DNA of 64,000 nucleotides from Hormiphora californensis (lineage: Eukaryota > Animalia > Ctenophora), in assembly GCA_020137815.1 (NCBI GenBank), contig CM035351.1:248001-312000 (forward strand), in the 5' to 3' direction. Both the position numbers and the translations under genes were made by a program. The first letter of the stretch is position 1, and each line of letters starts with the position of its first letter. Below the pieces are notes generated by a model. It did no database searches. It was not told the DNA's origin and worked only from the letters and a program-made list of their open reading frames with translations. Below are positions 48,604 to 62,900 of the stretch, one piece after another.

Positions 48604-51600
48604 ATGGTACGAAACGGGGAACCCTCTGCAAAGAAGCGCAAGTCTGTGAAAGTGTGTCCTTCCGAGGTATCTGACATGACCAAGGTAGCTAGTTTTGTAC
48701 ATTTGGTTGTTTGATATAGTTGCATGACCAAGGTAGCTAGTTTTGTTGTGTTGTAGTACGTTACTAGTAGTAACCAAGGTAGTAATTCTTTGTTGTGTTG
48801 TAGTAACCAAGGTAGTAATTCTTTGTTGTGTTGTAGTAACCAAGGTAGTAATTCTTTGTTGTGTTGTAGTAACCAAGGTAGTAATTCTTTGTTGTGTTGT
48901 AGTAACCAAGGTAGTAATTCTTTGTTGTGTTGTAGTAACCAAGGTAGTAATTCTTTGTTGTGTTGTAGTAACCAAGGTAGTAATTCTTTGTTGTGTTGTA
49001 GTAACCAAGGTAGTAATTCTTTGTTGTGTTGTAGTAACCAAGGTAGTAATTCTTTGTTGTGTTGTAGTAACCAAGGTAGTAATTCTTTGTTGTGTTGTAG
49101 TAACCAAGGTAGTAATTCTTTGTTGTGTTGTAGTAACCAAGGTAGTAATTCTTTGTTGTGTTGTAGTAACCAAGGTAGTAATTCTTTGTTGTGTTGTAGT
49201 AACCAAGGTAGTAATTCTTTGTTGTGTTGTAGTAACCAAGGTAGTAATTCTTTGTTGTGTTGTAGTAACCAAGGTAGTAATTCTTTGTTGTGTTGTAGTA
49301 ACCAAGGTAGTAATTCTTTGTTGTGTTGTAGTAACCAAGGTAGTAATTCTTTGTTGTGTTGTAGTAACCAAGGTAGTAATTCTTTGTTGTGTTGTAGTAA
49401 CCAAGGTAGTAATTCTTTGTTGTGTTGTAGTAACCAAGGTAGTAATTCTTTGTTGTGTTGTAGTAACCAAGGTAGTAATTCTTTGTTGTGTTGTAGTAAC
49501 CAAGGTAGTAATTCTTTGTTGTGTTGTAGTAACCAAGGTAGTAATTCTTTGTTGTGTTGTAGTAACCAAGGTAGTAATTCTTTGTTGTGTTGTAGTAACC
49601 AAGGTAGTAATTCTTTGTTGTGTTGTAGTAACCAAGGTAGTAATTCTTTGTTGTGTTGTAGTAACCAAGGTAGTAATTCTTTGTTGTGTTGTAGTAACCA
49701 AGGTAGTAATTCTTTGTTGTGTTGTAGTAACCAAGGTAGTAATTCTTTGTTGTGTTGTAGTAACCAAGGTAGTAATTCTTTGTTGTGTTGTAGTAACCAA
49801 GGTAGTAATTCTTTGTTGTGTTGTAGTAACCAAGGTAGTAATTCTTTGTTGTGTTGTAGTAACCAAGGTAGTAATTCTTTGTTGTGTTGTAGTAACCAAG
49901 GTAGTAATTCTTTGTTGTGTTGTAGTAACCAAGGTAGTAATTCTTTGTTGTGTTGTAGTAACCAAGGTAGTAATTCTTTGTTGTGTTGTAGTAACCAAGG
50001 TAGTAATTCTTTGTTGTGTTGTAGTAACCAAGGTAGTAATTCTTTGTTGTGTTGTAGTAACCAAGGTAGTAATTCTTTGTTGTGTTGTAGTAACCAAGGT
50101 AGTAATTCTTTGTTGTGTTGTAGTAACCAAGGTAGTAATTCTTTGTTGTGTTGTAGTAACCAAGGTAGTAATTCTTTGTTGTGTTGTAGTAACCAAGGTA
50201 GTAATTCTTTGTTGTGTTGTAGTAACCAAGGTAGTAATTCTTTGTTGTGTTGTAGTAACCAAGGTAGTAATTCTTTGTTGTGTTGTAGTAACCAAGGTAG
50301 TAATTCTTTGTTGTGTTGTAGTAACCAAGGTAGTAATTCTTTGTTGTGTTGTAGTAACCAAGGTAGTAATTCTTTGTTGTGTTGTAGTAACCAAGGTAGT
50401 AATTCTTTGTTGTGTTGTAGTAACCAAGGTAGTAATTCTTTGTTGTGTTGTAGTAACCAAGGTAGTAATTCTTTGTTGTGTTGTAGTAACCAAGGTAGTA
50501 ATTCTTTGTTGTGTTGTAGTAACCAAGGTAGTAATTCTTTGTTGTGTTGTAGTAACCAAGGTAGTAATTCTTTGTTGTGTTGTAGTAACCAAGGTAGTAA
50601 TTCTTTGTTGTGTTGTAGTAACCAAGGTAGTAATTCTTTGTTGTGTTGTAGTAACCAAGGTAGTAATTCTTTGTTGTGTTGTAGTAACCAAGGTAGTAAT
50701 TCTTTGTTGTGTTGTAGTAACCAAGGTAGTAATTCTTTGTTGTGTTGTAGTAACCAAGGTAGTAATTCTTTGTTGTGTTGTAGTAACCAAGGTAGTAATT
50801 CTTTGTTGTGTTGTAGTAACCAAGGTAGTAATTCTTTGTTGTGTTGTAGTAACCAAGGTAGTAATTCTTTGTTGTGTTGTAGTAACCAAGGTAGTAATTC
50901 TTTGTTGTGTTGTAGTAACCAAGGTAGTAATTCTTTGTTGTGTTGTAGTAACCAAGGTAGTAATTCTTTGTTGTGTTGTAGTAACCAAGGTAGTAATTCT
51001 TTGTTGTGTTGTAGTAACCAAGGTAGTAATTCTTTGTTGTGTTGTAGTAACCAAGGTAGTAATTCTTTGTTGTGTTGTAGTAACCAAGGTAGTAATTCTT
51101 TGTTGTGTTGTAGTAACCAAGGTAGTAATTCTTTGTTGTGTTGTAGTAACCAAGGTAGTAATTCTTTGTTGTGTTGTAGTAACCAAGGTAGTAATTCTTT
51201 GTTGTGTTGTAGTAACCAAGGTAGTAATTCTTTGTTGTGTTGTAGTAACCAAGGTAGTAATTCTTTGTTGTGTTGTAGTAACCAAGGTAGTAATTCTTTG
51301 TTTGTTCTACTTGATATATTTGCCTTCTCAATTCCTCAACAGTCAACACTACTACATGATGGCTCTCCTCCCCCCAGGAACGAGAGATATTCAGTACGAT
51401 GGAGTATATGGAGTCTGCACCGGACTCGGATGGTCCTGTGAAATCCTGGATTGCTAACCAGACCGAGGGTAAAGTGGGAGACTTTGTAGATAATAAGATG
51501 GTGTTAGGAGAGGTGGTAAAGGAGGTGGTTAGTGCTGTGACGGGAGAAGTTCTTGCAACAGTATATTGTGCGGTTGATTCTACTGCAATTGTTTCATGTA

Positions 51601-53915
51601 GATCAGCCGCTCAGTCGTGGGGTAAATCAGGAAATGGATTTCAGCGTTCTAAAGTGTTATACAGGTGAGGAAACAGTTTATTGTTATCTAGGACATAATA
51701 ACAAGTAAACCTATAGGTACTTAATATTATTGTGTATCTCTCTCTCTCTCTGATTGGTATGATTAGAAGATAGGTACTTAATACATGTATTATCTCTCTG
51801 ATATCTCTTCTCCTTGCAGTATAACACGTGAGGTCCAGAAACAAAGCAAGCTCCTCGCTCTCACGGAGTCCATGTCAACTGGTGTCCATATAAGGGAAAC
51901 TAAGGAGGCAGTGACGTCACTAATCCAGGCTCTCTACCACTACACGGGTGTCACCCAGCCCGGCACCCCACTTGGAGTGGTGACTGTCATACTACCACCT
52001 ACTGACACCCTATTAGTCCTCGCTAAACACGCTGTTCCAGCCCTGGCAGCCGGGAACACTATCATCCTACAACCATCCCAACCCCTTCCCGCTCTACTCT
52101 TTGCACAGCTGTGTGCTGGTGCTGGGGTGCCGCCAGGTGTTGTGAATGTCGTGTGTGACAGAGAAACCTCTCTTGCCGTGGATGGGGTGTTTGGTGTTGG
52201 GGATCTGTCAGCAGGGGACCTTGCCAGCCCTGTTGTGGGGATGTCACCACCCCCTGGGAGGAGCAGTATGGTAGTGTTTGCAGCTAGTGATGTTGATAGT
52301 GCTGCCCAGACTTGTCTTGACAAGGCATTCACTGGATATGGTAAGTAGTAGTCCGTGGTAGTAGTGGTGGTAGTGTTACTAGTTACTAGTAGTGTTAGTA
52401 GTAGTGTGAGGATGTCACCACCCCCTGGGAGGAGCAGTATGGTAGTGTTTGCAGCTAGTGATGTTGATAGTGCTGCCCAGACTTGTCTTGACAAGGCATT
52501 CACTGGATATGGTAAGTAGTCCGTGGTAGTAGTGGTGGTAGTGTTACTAGTTACTAGTAGTGTTAGTAGTAGTGTGAGGATGTCACCCCCCCCCCTGGGA
52601 GGAGCAGTATGGTGGTGTTTGCAGCTAGTGATGTTGATAGTGCTGCCCAGACTTGTCTTGACAAGGCATTCACTGGATATGGTGAGTAGTAGTCCGTGGT
52701 AGTAGTGGTGGTAGTGTTACTAGTTACTAGTAGTGTTAGTAGTAGTGTGAGGATGTCACCACCCCCTGGGAGGAGCAGTATGGTAGTGTTTGCAGTTAGT
52801 GATGTTGATAGTGCTGCCCAGACTTGTCTTGACAAGGCATTCACTGGATATGGTAAGTAGTAGTCCGTGGTAGTAGTGGTGGTAGTGTTACTAGTTACTA
52901 GTAGTGTTAGTAGTAGTGTGAGGATGTCACCACCCCCTGGGAGGAGCAGTATGGTAGTGTTTGCAGCTAGTGATGTTGATAGTGCTGCCCAGACTTGTCT
53001 TGACAAGGCATTCACTGGATATGGTAAGTAGTAGTCCGTGGTAGTAGTGGTGGTAGTGTTAGTAGTTACTAGTAGTGTTAGTAGTAGTGTGAGGATGTCA
53101 CCACCCCCTGGGAGGAGCAGTATGGTAGTGTTTGCAGCTAGTGATGTTGATAGTGCTGCCCAGACTTGTCTTGACAAGGCATTCACTGGATATGGTAAGT
53201 AGTAGTCCGTGGTAGTAGTGGTGGTAGTGTTACTAGTTACTAGTAGTGTTAGTAGTAGTGTGAGGATGTCACCACCCCCTGGGAGGAGCAGTATGGTAGT
53301 GTTTGCAGCTAGTGATGTTGATAGTGCTGCCCAGACTTGTCTTGACAAGGCATTCACTGGATATGGTAAGTAGTCCGTGGTAGTAGTGGTGGTAGTGTTA
53401 CTAGTTACTAGTAGTGTTAGTAGTAGTGTGAGGATGTCACCACCCCCTGGGAGGAGCAGTATGGTAGTGTTTGCAGTTAGTGATGTTGATAGTGCTGCCC
53501 AGACTTGTCTTGACAAGGCATTCACTGGATATGGTAAGTAGTCCGTGGTAGTAGTGGTGGTAGTGTTACTAGTTACTAGTAGTGTTAGTAGTAGTGTGAG
53601 GATGTCACCACCCCCTGGGAGGAGCAGTATGGTAGTGTTTGCAGCTAGTGATGTTGATAGTGCTGCCCAGACTTGTCTTGACAAGGCATTCACTGGATAT
53701 GGTAAGTAGTAGTCCGTGGTAGTAGTGGTGGTGGTAGTGTTAACCTCTGCAGTTGTAGAGACCATTGTGCGACATAATAGCGCCTAGATGAATAGGCAGA
53801 GACAAACATCTTAGATTAAAGTTCTTCAATTTCATGGCTGACACCAGACACAAACATCTTTCTTTAAAACTCTTTAATTTCCACGGTGACACTCGACACG
53901 CACACACACACACTT

Positions 53916-53948
<33 letters not shown>

Positions 53949-56900
53949 ACAAACCTACGGACTGAGTAAATGTGATCTTTTGTAATTCGAGTGGTAAGGT
54001 GATTCGGTTTGGTGGGTAAAATAATCCCATACTCTGAGGGAGGCTCCCTTTATAACATTGGGTGGGTAAAATAATCCCATACTCCCTGTGAGGGAGGCTC
54101 CCTTTATAAACCACCCCCCCTGCTGATATTTCCCGCAGTCTACTGTGGTATATCAGATAATTCCCTCCCTCTGTTGTCAGTGCCCATTCACACCTCATAA
54201 TTCCGGGGGTCGGTTTATAAGAAATAACCACGGCTAGTAAAGTGATGAAATTTGATAATCCCCTACGGGGATTATCACACGTTCTTCCCCTCGGTCGCTT
54301 CGCTCCCTCGTGGAGAACTAGTGATAACCCCCTCCTGCGTCGGGGGTTATCAAATTTCATCCCTGCACTAGCCGGGGTTATCTATATTATAACATTGGGT
54401 GGGTAAAATAATCCCATACTCCCTGTGAGGGAGGCTCCCTTTACAGCTGCATACACAGACACGTCTGTTACACACACTCTGTCGGGGTGTGTGTACAGAT
54501 CTACTGTTACTATATGATACCCGGAAGGCGTGTTATACCCTCCCCTCCCTTCAACTCACACCTCTCATATAATATAGATAACCCCGGCTAGTGCAGGGAT
54601 GAAATTTGATAACCCCCGACGCAGGAGGGGGTTATCACTAGTTCTCCACGAGGGAGCGAAGCGACCGAGGGGAAGAACGTGTGATAATCCCCGTAGGGGA
54701 TTATCAAATTTCATCACTTTACTAGCCGTGGTTATTTCTTATAAACCGACCCCCGGAATTATGAAAGGTGTGAATGGGCACTGACAACAGAGGGAGGGAA
54801 TTATCTGATATACCACAGTAGACTGCGGGAAATATCAGCAGGGGGGTGGTTTATAATACCCTCCCCACTCGCACCCTCTACTTCCTATTTAACAGCTGTG
54901 TATTCTCAGCAGCATAGATCCCCACATCATTCCCACTACACATAGAGTTGCTACATCTCGTCCCCCACCATTCCCACTACACATAGGAAGCTACATCTCG
55001 TCCCCCACCATTCCCACTACACATAGGAAGCTACATCTCGTCCCCCACCATCCCCACTACACATAGGAAGCTACATCTCGTCCCCCACATCATTCCCACT
55101 ACACATAGGAAGCTACATCTCGTCCCCCACCATTCCCACTACACATAGGAGTTGCTACATCTCGTCCCCCACCATTCCCACTACACATAGGAAGCTACAA
55201 CTCGTCCCTCACCATTCCCACTACACATAGGAAGCTACAACTCGTCCCTCACCATTCCCACTATACATAGGAAGCTACATCTCGTCCCCCACCATTCCCA
55301 CTACACATAGGAAGCTACATCTCGTCCCCCACCATCCCCACTACACATAGGAGTTGCTACATCTCGTCCCCCACCATCCCCACTACACATAGGAAGCTAC
55401 ATCTCGTCCCCCACCATTCCCACTACACATAGGAAGCTACATCTCGTCCCCCACCATTCCCACTACACATAGGAGTTGCTACATCTCGTCCCCCACCATT
55501 CCCACTACACATAGGAAGCTACATCTCGTCCCCCACCATTCCCACTATACATAGGAGTTGCTACATCTCGTCCCCCACCATTCCCACTACACATAGGAGT
55601 TGCTACATCTCGTCCCCCACCATTCCCACTACACATAGGAAGCTACATCTCGTCCCCCACCATTCCCACTACTACACATAGGAGTTGCTACATCTCGTCC
55701 CCCACCATTCCCACTACACATAGGAGTTGCTACATCTCGTCCCCCACCATTCCCACTACACATAGGAGTTGCTACATCTCGTCCCCCACCATTCCCACTA
55801 CACATAGGAAGCTACATCTCGTCCCCCACCATTCCCACTACACATAGGAAGCTACATCTCGTCCCCCACCATTCCCACTACACACAGGAGTTGCTACATC
55901 TCGTCCCCCACCATTCCCACTACACATAGGAGTTGCTACATCTCGTCCCCCACCATTCCCACTACACATAGGAAGCTACATCTCGTCCCCCACCATTCCC
56001 ACTACACATAGGAAGCTACATCTCGTCCCCCACCATTCCCACTACACATAGGAGTTGCTACATCTCGTCCCCCACCATTCCCACTACACACAGGAGTTGC
56101 TACATCTCGTCCCCCACCATTCCCACTACACACAGGAGTTGCTACATCTCGTCCCCCACCATTCCCACTACACATAGGAAGCTACATCTCGTCCCACACC
56201 ATTCCCACTACACATAGGAAGCTACATCTCGTCCCCACACCATTCCCACTACACATAGGAGTTGCTACATCTCGTCCCCCACCATTCCCACAACACATAG
56301 GAAGCTACATCTCGTCCCCCACCATTCCCACAACACATAGGAAGCTACATCTCGTCCCCCACCATTCCCACTACACATAGGAGTTGCTACATCTCGTCCC
56401 CCACCATTCCCACTACACATAGGAAGCTACATCTCGTCCCCCACCATTCCCACTACACATAGGAGTTGCTACATCTCGTCCCCCACCATTCCCACAACAC
56501 ATAGGAAGCTACATCTCGTCCCCCACCATTCCCACTACACATAGGAAGCTACATTCCCACTACACATAGGAAGCTACATCTCGTCCCACATCATTCCCAC
56601 TACACACATAGGAGTTGCTACATCTCGTCCCCACACCATCCCCACTACACACAGGAGTTGCTACATCTCGTCCCCACACCATCCCCACTACACACAGGAG
56701 TTGCTACATCTCGTCCCCACACCATCCCCACTACACACAGGAGTTGCTACATCTCGTCCCCCCACCATCCCCACTACACACAGGAGTTGCTACATCTCGT
56801 CCCCACACCATCCCCACTACACACAGGAGTTGCTACATCTCGTCCCCACACCATCCCCACTACACACAGGAGTTGCTACATCTCGTCCCCACACCATTCC

Positions 56901-59900
56901 CACTATAACACATAGGAGTTGCTACATCTCGTCCCCACACCATCCCCACTACACATAGGAAGCTACATCTCGTCCCCACACCATCCCCACTACACATAGG
57001 AGTTGCTACATCTCGTCCCCCACCATTCCCACTACACATAGGAGTTGCTACATCTCGTCCCCACACCATTCCCACTACACATAGGAAGCTACATCTCGTC
57101 CCCCACCATTCCCACTACACATAGGAGTTGCTACATCTCGTCCCCCACCATTCCCACTACACATAGGAGTTGCTACATCTCGTCCCTCACCATTCCCACT
57201 ACACATAGGAAGCTACAACTCGTCCCTCACCATTCCCACTATACATAGGAAGCTACATCTCGTCCCCCACCATTCCCACTACACATAGGAAGCTACATCT
57301 CGTCCCCCACCATTCCCACTACACACAGGAGTTGCTACATCTCGTCCCCCCACCATTCCCACTACACATAGGAGTTGCTACATCTCGTCCCCCACCATTC
57401 CCACTACACACAGGAGTTGCTACATCTCGTCCCCCCACCATCCCCACTACACACAGGAGTTGCTACATCTCGTCCCCACACCATCCCCACTACACACAGG
57501 AGTTGCTACATCTCGTCCCCACACCATCCCCACTACACACAGGAGTTGCTACATCTCGTCCCCCACCATTCCCACTACACACAGGAGTTGCTACATCTCG
57601 TCCCCCAATAACACCACTCTCTCTCTCTTAGGGAAGACCTCAGCAAGTATTGGTCGAGTGTTGGTTCAGCAGCCTGTGTATGATCGGTTCTGTAAGGTCC
57701 TCAAGGAGCGTGCACCCCGTCTAGTGGTGGGATCTCCCCTGGACGGTTGTGTGGATGTGGGCTGCTCTGTCCAGGACACTTCTGATGTGTTGGAGGGGAT
57801 GGTTGCTGATAATGGGCACTTGGAGAAAGTTGTGGTGAGTGTGGATTGAGGTGTTTTAAAAAGTTGTGGTGAGTGTGGATTGAGGTGTTTTAGAAAGTTG
57901 TGGTGAGTGTGGATTGAGGTGTTTTAGAAGTGTGGTAAATGAGAAAGTTGTGGTGAGTGTGGATTGAGGTGTTTTAGAAGTGTGGTAAAGTTGTGGTGAG
58001 TGTGGATTGAGGTGTGTGGTAAATTCAGACACTACTTAGCTACCATAGCAACCCGGCTGAAAGGGGGGTACACTGCCGATAATTTACTGGCCGCCATGGG
58101 GCAAATAATTTAGGAGAAATGCCATCTGGTGACTTACTTGTACACAGTACACACACATATGGCCCTAGAGTGTTATTAGTGATCTTATATGACATGTGTG
58201 TATTTAGAATCTAGATATATGACGTCATAATTACCCCTCTAATTATCCCCAGTCAGAAAGAAAGGGGTCTACCATGCCCTGCACGGTTGTGTTCGGTGTT
58301 CAGCCCAGTTCCAGCTTGTGGTCTAATGACCCCCTTGGACCTGTTCTGTGTGTGGCCCCGTTTAGGACGGCTAAAGAGGCCACCGCTCTGCTAAACCACT
58401 CCCCCAGAAATAGTGGTGTATCGGTTTGGAGCGAGTCTAACTCTCTTATAATGCAGGTAACATGACCATATTAGGTAATGACCATATTAGGTAATGACCA
58501 TATTAGGTAATGAATATGGTAAAGGTGGAGTAGCTTATGTAGACACAGCTCCCACAATATTGTATGATAGCTAGAGTGAGAATAAGGGCGGTGTTAATAT
58601 GCAAGCTGTGTATAAGTTAATGTGAACTAGCACGGAACAGAATATATGTGACATGAGCTTACTGATCCCTCCGCGCTATAATATTACTTATGTTACTGAT
58701 ACTTTCTAGCGTGTATATCATAGACCGCTCGGGGCTTGGTAATGAAATTACCTCTCCGCGCTATAATATGCAATATGCTTAATAACAGGGGTGACTTCGT
58801 AACCAAGCCCGGGGCCTTCTTCCATATTACAATATCATTACAATAATATTCAATGTTCCATTTCCCCTCAGTTGGTCAAGTCTTGCATATTGTAATACAT
58901 ATTAGTTCACAATAATATTCCATGTTCCATTCCCCCCTTCTCAGTTGGTCAAGTCCCTCAATTCGGAGATAATATGGGTCAATACACACGGAGGAGCAGG
59001 ATCACTGAATGGAGCAGAGGCCCTGAGGGCATTTACCAAGGCACCCTCAGGGGTTAGATTGGTCCTGGACCTGCAACCAACAAACATAGCTAAACCTGTT
59101 GTAGGAGAAAGGTGAATTCCATCAACTTTGGCGTGTTTTCTGATTTCTGAAAGTTGATCGAACTATAACTTAGCTTCACCCTCCCTCACCCAAACCTCAC
59201 CCAAACCTCACCCTCCCTCTGTTCAGTGTAAATGAGACAGTGAAGATGCTGATTGGCGGTGCCCTAAAGAGGTCGTGTGGGGAGACGTATCGTGACGTGT
59301 ACAACAGTAGTGGAGACAAGATTGCATCAGTACCAGATGCCAATAAGAAGGATCTGAGAGATTGTGTTGAAGCAGCGGCAAAGGCTCAGCCTGGGTAAGT
59401 GCAATTGTTAGAGGGAGATCAGGGAAATACTTCCCTTGTTCGACCCTCTCACATAACTCTCACAACTCTCATAAAGGAGGAGGATTAGATAATCGGCCCG
59501 TGTTTATAACTCTTTATATCTCTCAGGTGGGCAGGTAAATCAGCGTTCAACCGATCTCAAATCCTGTATTTCTTTGCTGAGAATCTGAGCTCACGAAAAG
59601 GGGAATTCGTTTCTCTCATCGAGAAATGCGATCCGGGATTAACTAATGCATCAGAACAAGTTAGTTGGCATACAATCACTAGATCCAAAAACCAAACAAG
59701 TTTGGTGGATAGCCGGGGCCGCAGAAATTAAAAAACGTGCGAAAGTTTTGATACATGAACTTTCGGGGCCTGGGGTGCTGTTAAATTCGCGTTTCCATGA
59801 TCATAACCAGCAACACTTTCAAACTATACGCCAGGAAAACTATTGCAATGATCAAATTATCATTATTAATTTATATAACACATTTTCATACATACAGATC

Positions 59901-62900
59901 CACAAATATCACATATAATGTACTGCACATAGTGGGTCGTTTCAGAGTCTGGTTTATACAGAATCATAGTGTGTTTTGAAAGAACGGCTGACTATTGCAT
60001 GGAAACGCGAATTTAACAGCACCCCAGGCCCCGAAAGTTCATGTATCAAAACTTTCGCACGTTTTTTAATTTCTGCGGCCCCGGCTATCCACCAAACTTG
60101 TTTGGTTTTTGGATCTAGTATCAGGCATTTTGTTATTTTAATACTTGTACTATGACATGCATTTTGTAATTCTTAATAAACGCAGATTGGGGATTCACGG
60201 ACTTTTACAATTGTAGGTAGCCTCATAACAATCGCAGATATAGATATCCAATATCGGATATCAATTGCGAATCACTAATATGATATGTAGTAATCGCAGA
60301 CAACCAATTGCGGATAACTGATCACGAATCCGTTATAAGATATCGCAATCAGTTATCGCAATATCGCGATCTTAGCTATCTGCGATTAGCTACCCGCGAT
60401 TGGTTACTACTTACTATATTACTTGTTTGCAATAAGTTATCGTGATTAGTTATGTGCGATTACTATTATTTATTAGTTATCAGCGATTGATTATATCCGC
60501 GATTGGTTCTCCGCGATTATTCTATGATTTTGATTATTAGTCACGGATAATGATCACGGATACGCATTGATAGTCAGATATATCTGATACAATCAGGTTA
60601 GGTACTAATTCGCTTTTTTCTCGGATGTTTTTAAAATCGTCTTATATTAAAGACAGTCATAACTCTAGATATGACTACCAATTATAACTGAAAATGCGAC
60701 AGTAAACCTAATTTTATATAATAAATCTGATTCAATGTTAATTTAGACTATGAATCCCTTCTTTCTATGTGTTTTTTAAATCGTCTTAAATTTAAGACAG
60801 TCATAAATCTAGATATGACTACCAATTATATCTGAAAATACAGCAGTTGACCAACGTTGGCAAAATATAAATCATAAAATCATGATTTATAGTTTAATTT
60901 GCTCATTTCTAGGTTTTTTTGAAAATCGTCTTAAATCTTAATACAGTCAGATGCCCGTAACTGAAGAACCGTACCTCGGATTTGCTTGAAATTTCGAACG
61001 TGTGTTCAAGATGTCAAGGCAACACCACGTACCAAGCGACGTGTTCGTAGAACGGCGGGAAGGCCGTCTTAAACGCCAAACAAAACTTAAGACAGTCATA
61101 ACTTTTGTTACGACTGTCTGTTTTCTCTGTCCAAGCTTTAATACAAGGTACACCACTAGACCTACCGACTCCCAAAGTTTCATGGTGATAGCTTTTAAAC
61201 TGTGGCCCCCATCGTGTACGCAAAAAAGTCGTTACTTTACGGTGGTTCGTCACGCTAAAAACGGACATTTTGTCTAAAATACGACCATCTGTAGCGCAAA
61301 AACCGTAACTCCGATTTGCATGAAATTTTAAACGTGTGCTCTAGGTGTCAAGGCAACACGAACTACCAAGCGGCATGTTCGTAGGACAACGAGAAGGTTG
61401 TCTAAAACTAAGTTGAAATCGCCGATTTCAGACAATAAGTATAGTAGCGCTGTCAGAATTTTCAAAAATTTTCAAAAATTTTCAAAAATTTTCAAAATTT
61501 TTTTTTCGCAATTTCGATTTTCCTTTAACTGGAAGGAAAGATGCTTGGAAGAGGGACATTTTTAGGGGAAGGATGGTTGGGGGGAGGGAGGATTGGGCCC
61601 CGGGCGCTTGCCAGCGCTATGACATCTATTATTCCGCAATGTGTTTTGAACTTCATATAACGAAACCCCAATTATTGCAGGTAGATAGGGCTATACAAGT
61701 CCTATTTGAGTGTGCGGGACGATGTGACAAGTTAGGTAGCCATGCCACACCCCTTGGAGTTATTGGCGTTGTGCCAAGTTCACCTGACCTCCCTGATATG
61801 GTTAGGATGATTGTTGGTCCCATCGTGGCTGGCAATGTGGTCATTGTGGTACCAAGACTGATAAGTTCCCCTATCGCTGCCCATCTAGCTCAGGTTTGAA
61901 ACACTTTCTGAATCGGCAACTAATTCTTGTTACCAGGAAGCGACCGAATATTCGGTTCGGTTCGGTTCGGTTCGGAGATTCGGTGTTTTTTCGGCGGTTC
62001 GGTTCGGTTCGGTTCGGTGGAAAATTTTGGCCGAACCACCGAATTTTTTGTTCAAAAAATGGCCAAAAATCGGGCTTTTTCAGCCATCATTTTTCAATTA
62101 TTTCACAAATTTTTTCATGGATTTCAATGTTTATTTCGCCGTATGAACCCTATTTCGAATCGGTGGTGCTATGTGGAAATGATTTCGCTAGTTAGCGGGT
62201 TCGATATGGATTGATTTGATACGTGACTTCCCGTCGAATCGTGTCCTCATGAGATGTCAACAAATTCAGAAACTATTTTTTTCAAAAAAGTCATGGAGAG
62301 CACCGATCAAGGTATTGAGAATCATTCTCTGAAATTTTGTTAAAAAAGTTTGAAAAAATTTTGTGAAAAATTTTCTAAGTCAATTTTATGGAAAATTTTC
62401 TATGTCAATTTTTGCGTACGAATCGTGTTTCGAATCGGTATTGCTAAGCGGCAGTGATGTTGCTAATTAGTGGGTCCGAGATGGATTATGCTGATACGTG
62501 ATCCCCCATCAAATCTAATTAGGAAGTTTAGGGGAACGATTCATGTTTCGATAAATCCTGCTAATTAGTGAGAGCACTGCCGCATAACATCACCGATTCG
62601 CAACACGATTCGTACGGCAAAATTGACATATAATTTTTTTCGAAATCGACTTTTGAAATATTTTACAAAGTTTTTTCACAAAATTTAATGTTTTTCTAAA
62701 AATTTATGGAGAGCATCGATCAAGGTATTGAGAATCATTCCCTGAAATTTTGTGAAAATTTTTTTAGTGAAAAATATTTTAAGTAAATTCTGGTATACGA
62801 ATCGTGTTTCGAATCGACAATGCTAAACGGGAGTGATGTTGCTAATTAGTGGGTCCGAGATGGATTGTGCTGATACGTGATCCCCATCAAATCTAATTAG

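Noticed and set aside
48580-51457. Four 860-900 aa ORFs on both strands
   Set aside because: Translations of a stop-free 33-bp minisatellite inside ALDH16A1-like intron 1.
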